Shown here piece after piece: positions 9,037 through 16,414 of a DNA stretch of 16,414 bases. The DNA is from Paraspadella gotoi (lineage: Eukaryota; Animalia; Chaetognatha). Location: NCBI GenBank assembly GCA_051294375.1, contig CM119270.1, positions 15,398,118-15,414,531 of the forward strand, given 5' to 3'. Each line of letters begins with the position of its first letter. Position 1 is the stretch's first letter. The notes below the pieces were generated by a model, which was not told the origin of the DNA, made no database searches, and worked only from the letters and a program-made list of their open reading frames with translations. The position numbers and the translations under genes are program-made.

Positions 9037-10572
9037 TTCCCTTATCATCTATAGATTATTATTATTTATTCAATCGTCAATGCTATATTTTCTTGCATGG
9101 AAAACCAAAAAATATTGCAAAGAATTTACGTCGCAAAACTTAATTTCTCTCTTTATTTCTTCTCCGTTTTCCTCCGAGGACTAAAAACAAAAACAAAAAA
9201 AAACAAAAACAAAAAAAGGAACGCGTAAGAAGCAAAAGCAAAACAAAAAAATGACAAATGTTAAATTGGAGAGAATGAAATGTCGCCAATGAGAGAGAGA
9301 GGAGAGAGAGAGTACACATTCACAGTAGGGAAATATAGAAGGATTGTAAGCGAAACACCGGTCGGAGCAAGGAGGACACAGAGCATATGGACGAGCGAGT
9401 AAGAAGAGAGGTGAGGTCGCTGAGAGAGGGGAAAGAGGGAATGACAGGAGGAAGAAGCGAGAGGCTTGTCGATAAGGCCTCGACTGGGAACAGGAGAGTA
9501 TAGATAGTGTTGCGAGAATTATGAAGAAAACGGAGAGAGGAAAAGTTCCTTTATAAGAGAGGAGGGGATATTCATGTAAGACAACATTTCACATAAAGAG
9601 AAGAATTTACTAGATCAAAAATAGAGAGATAAAAAAGAAAAAAGCAAAAGAAAAAAGGCAAAGACAATGGTGTAAAAGAGCGACAACTCCAAACGACATT
9701 GCTATAAAGTGCAGAAATAGAGAGACGAGTGCGACAAGTCATTCAACTTGCGCAAGAAAACAGGCGGCACAAGATAGAATAGGAAGGACCGCAGAAAAGG
9801 CGAGGGCAAGCCCACAGCAAACCAATTAAATAGGTTTGCGCGAATTGTCTCTCACAAGTGAATCGGGAGATGGAGGTGAGAGAAACCGAGTTAGAGTGAG
9901 AGAAGGTGAGATAAAAGAATGTACTTAGGAGAGGTATAAAGCTCATAGATACAAAAATGAATCAGTATATATGAAACAGAAGACCTACCGCACACACAAA
10001 TGCATTGTTAATAGATAGACGAAAACATAGCAAAAAAATCACTAATATATTTGCTGAGAGTAGACAGCAGGTGAGTAGCGATTGCGGCCTCTCTAGCCTT
10101 GTCTCAAATGGACGGAAAAATCAATGATCACGAATCTGTTGAGTTACAAGAAGGATCGACTATCGAAATGCCGATATATGTCCAACAAGCCGAATTGACT
10201 GGAACCGAGAGATGAACGATGGAGAAGTATACACACAAATTATTTGAAAAAAGGAAGAAACGTTGCAATGTAAAGAAAAGAAAAGGGAAGCACGGGATTA
10301 TAAGGTTTGACAATTGTATTATTTTGTTAGAGAATATTTTCGGAAGTATAATAAAACAGAGCAAAATAGAAAGGACAAGTAGAACAAGAAGAGTGAGGAA
10401 AAAATTGGAAACAGAAAAGGGATAGAAAAATAAGTTGGAAATAGAAGTATAGGGTTTAGGTAAATGAGGGTTGTGATAACACAACTCCAGGATACTAATA
10501 TATCGAATTATTCCAAAGCCAGAAGTAATCACACCTAGCCACCCGCTATGAACATTCATATCGGCCTTTCAG

Positions 10573-10712
10573 ACCATGAGAGGACGGAGGAGTGCAAAAT
10601 CATCCGACCCTGTCCTCACGGTGGCAGCCGCGGTGTCAGAGATTTTAATCAACGGATTTAGTGGCGAGTTGCGACGTTGAGGTGGATCGCGGGGACGGAG
10701 TGCGGGAGACGG
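10573..10712 (+). CDS. Candidate start-codon exon, possibly signal-peptide-like; needs a 1-nt correction
   Basis: CCTTTCAG acceptor ending 10572, ACCATG (ATG 10576), donor CGG|GTGAGT at 10712/10713; GC-rich island. As written MRGRRSAKSSDPVLTVAAAVSEILINGFSGELRR* stops at 10680. Confidence 0.3.
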
Positions 10713-11248
10713 GTGAGTTCAATCAAGACGCACCTCGAGTTTATCGTATCTTTTTATTCCCTGCCGTTTCAATGATCTCCTTTCGAAAAATCGGAAAAAT
10801 GGAAGAGGACAAGGTGTGGGCGATAAAGAAGTGAGTTTTTTTTTAATAAGCGTTGAAGACTATCTCCGCTGCGGGAAGTGATAATATAAATTTTAATGGG
10901 CGACCCAAAAGGAGTAACATGTGGTAAATGGTTGAAAAAAAAGGCGCAGTGGCGATTGTGGAGGAATCCGAGAACCAGCAGTTGTTCGTAGTCTTTAATT
11001 TTCAAAAATTTTGTTAACGAAAAATGGTTTTAGGAAGTTCAAATTCGATTATTTTAATTATATCATAATTTAATAAGAGCAGACTCGTATGAACTCTATT
11101 CGTCGATTCTTTTGGACGAAAGCAATGTACCTGCACAATTTGTAGTATAATTTGTATAAATTTTATAACTATTTTATTCCATTTTCGCACGCAAAAGAAT
11201 TAAAGAACGATATGGAGTCAATCCGTCATCATTTTTCTTCGTTCTATG

Positions 11249-11668
11249 TTCACTAATTTAAGAGGAAAATGGCAGCGGAGAAGCAGAAGAAAAGGAGATG
11301 AAAAAGAAAACTTCAGCAACCACAACAACAAAGGCACATAAACGAAGGAAAAATACGAGATATGGATTCTTTTTTTTTTTCCCATCTTCAAGAGCCCGGA
11401 CTCGATGATGATTTCTCTCAACAGTGGAGAGAGATTGGTATGGCGTGTGGCAAGCAGTAGAAGTTTAGGAGGGTTATTTCTTTATGAACTGAATTGGTAC
11501 AACCAATAATAAATCTATCCATTCATTTAATATAATAAGCTTATTGCTCGATGTCGGCCTAGCGCTAGCCTAACCTCTGCAAGAGATCAGAATTAGGAGA
11601 GAAAGAGGTAAACACAGTTGAATTAGAAGAAAGATGAGGAGGAAAGGAAAGATAAAAACTAAAGAGAA
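11249..11668 (+). repeat. Copy A of an approximately 0.4-kb direct duplication (copy B at 15343-15708)
   Basis: Collinear shared blocks such as GAAAATGGCAGCGGAGAAG, AAAATACGAGATATGGATTC, TTTAGGAGGGTTATTTCTTTATGAA, CTAACCTCTGCAAGAGA. Confidence 0.92.
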
Positions 11669-11761
11669 TGTACGAAAGGAAGAGGCCCCGGGAGCGTAGA
11701 TATGACCATGCATAAAGCGGGTATAGGGAGGCCATTAAACCCGAGACCGAAATCGAATGAA

Positions 11762-11853
11762 GGAGAAGGAAGAAAGAAAAGAAAAGAAAAGAAAGAAGAA
11801 AAAGCAGAAGAAAAGAAAGAAAGAAAAAGAAAAAGAAAGGAAAGAAACGAAAG
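11762..11853 (+). repeat. Imperfect (GAAA/GAAAA)n tract
   Basis: Low-complexity purine repeat. Confidence 0.9.
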
Positions 11854-12318
11854 AGGGGTTTTACGTTTTCTGTTCGATCCGGGGAGAGGCAAAATGTATG
11901 ACAAAAGGCGTTTCTTGTGATGGCAACGCCAAAATGGAAAGAGGACACACAGGGGGAAAGGGGAAAGGGGGGTAAAAGGGGAAAGATGAAACCAGGGGGA
12001 AAGGGGAAAGGGGAGAGAGAAGGGAGCTGGCGAGAGAGGGGAGAGGTGGGACGGGGGAAGGAAAAGAATGATGGGGGAAGATGGAGAAAGGCCAAGGGGC
12101 AATTGGGATTATCGTGTAAAAGGAAGGGAATGGAGGAAAAAACAAAAAAAAGGGTTGAAGGGAATCTCATCGATCGGAGTAGCGAAAGCTTTTGAAGAAA
12201 CGTTTCAATGTAGGGCGGATTAGGGTAAGGTGGCGTAAAGGAAGTAAGAAGAAAGGAACTATAGAAAAGTCGGGGGACGCGGAGGAAGGTTTGTGAGGCG
12301 TAAAAACCAAGAGGTCTA

Positions 12319-12343
12319 NNNNNNNNNNNNNNNNNNNNNNNNN
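12319..12343. other. Assembly gap (25 N) with duplicated flank
   Basis: N run; 12350-12383 resembles 11877-11913. Confidence 0.95.
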
Positions 12344-13290
12344 AGAGAAATCCGGGAGAGGAAAATGTTGACAAAAGGCTTTTGGGTATTTTGATAAATA
12401 TAAGGGGGGAAAGGAGGAGGGGAAAGGGAGAAAGGGGGAAAGGGGGAAAGTGGAAAGTGGGAAAGAGGAAAGAGGAAATGAGAGAAAGGGAGAGATGAAG
12501 TAGTTTTGAAGTGACATTTGTTTAGACTTACCTTTGGAGCCCCCCAGTCAGTGGATAGTGCCCTCGTGGTAATGCACGAAACTTACCCCATGTGCGTAGT
12601 TAGAAAGCCAGATTTTGGACGCCACGCTGATGAACCCCTCCTCCTGTTTGTTCCTCTCTGGGCTTCCTCTCTACCTCGTTTGTTCTCTTCCCTATTCCCT
12701 CTCTCTCTTCTCTACCCCTCTGCTCCTGCTTCTACGCGTATAGATTTTAACTCCTGCTTCCTTTTTTGTAACTCAACTCTGGATAATTTAAAGGGTAGAA
12801 TACCCACGCGTAAAACTCGGTCATGTAATTATAATTATTTTAGAATATACACATTAAACTATTGCTGTGGTGGGCTATGTGATACGTTATTCTTTAATTA
12901 TAAAAATTCTCAGAGATTTTGTTGGTTACTGGGGGGGTAGTGAGTAGTATCTAACCGTTCTACTCATTCTTATCTCCTCGCCTTTTCCCTAAAAGTCGCT
13001 GTTTAACTGCCAAACAAAAACTGCTTAACAATATCGGCAAAATTGAAAACCATAAACCAAAAAATCAAAAGTTCGAAAATTAAAAACTAAAATAACAAAC
13101 CGTCGATATCGGCGTCGAAACTTTGACACCAACCACGTCTTGGATAATAGTGACGAGCTTTCCATCTCTTTAATAAATTTCATTCATCTTTAAAACTCTC
13201 GAAACTGTCTTAATCTCGAATTTAGAATTAAAATCTTTTAAAAAAATCACATAATAAACGGTTCAAACCCTAATCTCTAAACCTTCAACA

Positions 13291-13527
13291 ATGGATTCGG
13301 AAACTGGTTCCGAAAACAACGGCGGGATGCAGATAGCATTCACCGAGATCGATTGCCGGAGCGCCGCGACCTCCTCGTCGGCGGGAGCGATCGTTCCGTG
13401 TGGCGGCGGTAGAAAGTCGTCAGCGGCTGGAGATTCAAGCCGCCTGGCGGTTCGTAGGGGCGACTGGCGAGCATTCCGCGTAGGAGTCGTCTGGAAGTGG
13501 GTCGACGAAAAGTGGCGACGGACGTGA
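13291..13527 (+). CDS. Small hypothetical ORF (78 aa) in a GC-rich island
   Basis: CAACAATGG start context; GC-rich relative to flanks; no recognisable domain; two antisense frames are also open. Confidence 0.2.
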   Translation: MDSETGSENNGGMQIAFTEIDCRSAATSSSAGAIVPCGGGRKSSAAGDSSRLAVRRGDWRAFRVGVVWKWVDEKWRRT

Positions 13528-14117
13528 AAATGCGGCCTGGCGGCGCGGAAGGCGCGTCGCGTTCTACGGGCGGAAAATGATTTTGGAAACCGAAAGTTTC
13601 CAAAGAAGAAAGGATTGGTTTTCTCGTTCTTTTTAAGCGGGCAAAACAACAACTATTCAACCTACGAATGTCATCAAAGTAAAGGCGGAGCGGTCGGAAT
13701 TACGCCGGCTCTAAGAATGAATTTTTCGTTTTCAGACTGAAACTAGATTTATTGCTTACAGAGATTTTTTTGTGGTGCCGCAAAGTGCGCAATTTTACCA
13801 TTGGGGGGGTATACGAAAAAGATACGTTGTCAACCATTTAGGGATTATTTTCGATTATTTTTACTGTATAATTTTGTGAAAGAGAAAAATTTTTTAAAAA
13901 ATCTAAACTTGGGAGTGTTGCCACAGAGAAAGATGGGCTGGACTTTGATTGAAACTATGTTCAGGGGATTTTGGATAGTTAATGACACTATTGATCGTTA
14001 GTGTTATTTGTTTATATTATAGCTATAGTACAAATTTAGGATTAACTCAAAATAGTAAAACATCTGGTTGTTTTTAGTGTACTAGATTTGATCATTCATT
14101 TTTCATCTTTCACTTAG

Positions 14118-14326
14118 TGCAAGACGTCTATTTGCGACCAGTTAGAGGACGGAAACGGTATTCGCACGAATTGCCTCGGGTAATCGCAGAGGATTCTCTT
14201 GATTATGCGGTCAATTTCACGCGCGCGCGCCGGCAAAAACACGGCGTTAGCTCGTCTTTTGAACCACGTGATCTTGAGATGCAGCCGGTCAGTGACGGAC
14301 TGACCCGAATCTCGAATCACCCATAA
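14118..14326 (+). CDS. Candidate coding exon (phase 1), product unknown
   Basis: Strong acceptor TTTTTCATCTTTCACTTAG ending 14117; open frame QDVYLRPVRGRKRYSHELPR...SNHP*; possible donors at 14179/14180 and 14519/14520. Confidence 0.25.
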
Positions 14327-15342
14327 TCGGATACGTGTGAACGAGAAATAAAAAATTGATCGGGTGTTTGACGGACACGACGTTGCTGCAGTTGATGTAG
14401 TGGGTATTGTGGCACGTCCGTCGTTGACGTCGCTTGCACGCGCAGAGACGTTCCCGATTCGCTGACGCGGAGGTTTGTCGTTTTGTTTTCGGGAACTCTC
14501 TTTCTCCACAACGGCGAAGGTAAAGGGGTATCAATCTTTCATTGATGTCCTCTACTGCAATTACACCAAAAACGGGGTATTTGTTTACATACACAACCCA
14601 TCTCCTCCCAAACCAAAAACTCCTTTACCAAATATTCTAAATATTCATTGAGTCTATGTTTGCGTATATATCTCAATATGCACCGATTGTTAATATTCAC
14701 ACACATCTCCCATCTGTTATCTCTTAAACCAGTCTTATCTACAAGCATATAGGTTACAACGAGATATTAGGAGAGGGGAACTATGAGTAATCCGCGTACA
14801 CGTCTTCTTTTTGCTTGTTCCTTTCATTTTATCATTTGCACTTGGACTCAACCTCTGATTCAACTCGTTAACACAAGACATTTAGACCTTCTCTCTTATC
14901 GTTCTGACCTGTTGATCAAGAATTTTCCTACCCACGAAGATTCGGGCTAACATAAAGAACTACTAACACGCATAGGAATTCTCATTTTCTCTCAGTTAGA
15001 TCTCGATATAACATGTGTCTCTCGAGGACTGCTCAGAATTCAACAGATGTAATTGTAGAATGATTTGGGAACAGAAGAGCCTCTACATCAGCTCTTCGTA
15101 ATCACTGATTTTTTGACATGATATGTTGTCGCAGGCAGATTTTCCCAGCTATGGCACGGAACCAATCTGCTATTGTGAGTCTTAGTAATTTCTAATCTCA
15201 TAACAGGGCCATGAGATATATCATACTTAACATGCATGATATCCTTTCTCTCTTTCTTCTGAGCTCGAGAAGGCGAGCCGAGATTATCTTCGACTTGGAG
15301 ACGGAGAAATGATTCATGAAAAAAGATCCTCTTCTTTCTTTA

Positions 15343-15708
15343 TTCACTATTTAAAGAAAATGGCAGCGGAGAAGAAAGAAAAGGAGAAAAAAAAAAGAAC
15401 TCAGAAGCCACAACAACAAAGGACATAAACGAAGGGAAAATACGAGATATGGATTCTTTTTTTTCCCATCTTCAAGACCGACTCGATATATTTCTTCTCA
15501 CACAGTGGAGAGAGATTGGTTGGCGGTTGGCACAGTGATTTTAGGAGGGTTATTTCTTTATGAAATTGGTACAACCAATATAAAAATTATCCATTCATTT
15601 AATAAATAAGCTTATTTGCGCCTTGCTAACCTCTGCAAGAGAAGAATTAGGAGAAAGAGTAAAACATTTAAAAAAAGAGGAGGAAAGAAAGATAAAAACT
15701 AAAGAGAA
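15343..15708 (+). repeat. Copy B of the approximately 0.4-kb direct duplication
   Basis: Collinear with 11249-11668; 54 nt shorter through many small indels. Confidence 0.92.
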
Positions 15709-15828
15709 AGAAAGAAAGAAAGAAAGAAGAAAAGAAAGATAAGAAGAAGAAAGAAAGAAAGAAGAAAGAAGAAAGAAGAAAGAAAGAAGAAAAGAAAAGA
15801 AAGAAAAGAAAGAAAAAAAGAAGAAAGA
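15706..15828 (+). repeat. Imperfect (GAAA)n/(GAA)n microsatellite
   Basis: Low-complexity purine repeat. Confidence 0.95.
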
Positions 15829-16300
15829 TAGAACGAGTATCGATAAAACCAAGGGGGAAAAAATAGATAAACAGAAAGAAGTCGGAAGGAGGGGAAGGAG
15901 GAAAACCAAAAGAGAGATAAACATAAACGCGCGATATCAATACCTCCCCCCCGCCCGACCCGCTCCCCCTTCCTCGTTTCCTCATAACTTCTGCTTTCCT
16001 TTCCCTCTATTTTTTTTTTCGTCCCATAACTGTCGAGATAATTGTTTTCGAATGACCATGGCGTCTTTTACAGTTTATGGACACCGCGCGCGGGGAAAGC
16101 TCCGCGCCCCCCTTCGAGACTTTGATATTTCATAACGTTTCGCTCTTCGGGGAGAAGACGAGAGAGAGAGAGGAGAGAGAGAGAGGAAAAGGAATACTTT
16201 TTTCGCCTTTTTGCGCTAGAAATTTTTCAGTTTTTTTATAAAGAAATAAGGAAAGTTAATTTACTTCTACCTTATGTGTGATTCCTATTCTCTTTCTTTT

Positions 16301-16325
16301 NNNNNNNNNNNNNNNNNNNNNNNNN
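16301..16325. other. Assembly gap (25 N)
   Basis: N run. Confidence 1.
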
Positions 16326-16414
16326 ATAGATAAACAGAAAGAAGTCGGAGGAGGGGAAAGGAGAAAACAAAAGGAGAGATAAAACATAAACGCCGTATAT
16401 CAATACCTCCCCCC
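16326..16414 (+). repeat. Indel-rich duplicate of 15863-15951 restarting after the gap
   Basis: Both read ATAGATAAACAGAAAGAAGTCGGA...ATATCAATACCTCCCCCC. Confidence 0.92.

Noticed and set aside
10138-10156. GTTGAGTTACAA inverted match to 12766-12777 as terminal inverted repeats
   Set aside because: The similarity does not extend; no target-site duplication or transposase
12526-12600. U1 snRNA (ACTTACCT)
   Set aside because: The match is limited to the 5' word; the rest does not resemble U1
12575-12640. Hammerhead ribozyme cores (CTGATGA at 12627 and 2880; minus-strand CTGACGA at 13417-13423 and CTGAAGA at 972-978)
   Set aside because: None has the full set of stems, a correctly placed GAAA and an NUH cleavage site
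13261-13275. tRNA/SINE B-box GGTTCAAACCC (and GTTCGATCC at 11872); telomere-like AAACCCTAA
   Set aside because: No T-stem pairing, A-box or cloverleaf; the telomere-like word occurs once
15074-15170. Short hairpins (GAAGAGC/GCTCTTC, GCAGATT/AATCTGC) as pre-miRNA
   Set aside because: The stems are too short and are expected by chance
15088-15330. Minus-strand open stretch with SWENLP, reminiscent of a LINE ORF2 C-terminus
   Set aside because: The resemblance is a few residues only, with no reverse-transcriptase motifs; BLASTX would be needed

Overview
Eukaryotic, largely non-coding draft-assembly DNA. An invertebrate (arthropod-like) source is inferred from AT richness, abundant CpG and GA/GAC microsatellites. 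The window has 8 N-gaps totalling 1524 nt. I recognise no known gene, RNA gene, CRISPR array or intact transposon, and most listed ORFs are microsatellite or N-run artefacts. The sequence supports four groups of observations. (i) Candidate + strand exons with good splice signals at 6874-7194, 10573-10712 and 14118-14326; the last two could join into a small secreted precursor if one base is an error. (ii) Regulatory-looking motif clusters: three E-boxes at exact 19-nt spacing, a CARGAAA motif phased every 22 nt, and a PBX/MEIS-type decamer with CCAAT boxes. (iii) Micro- and minisatellites. (iv) Indel-rich duplicates around two 25-N gaps, which suggest uncorrected long-read gap filling and make roughly 8.9-16.4 kb unreliable at base level. 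I cannot claim a new biological system from this sequence alone.
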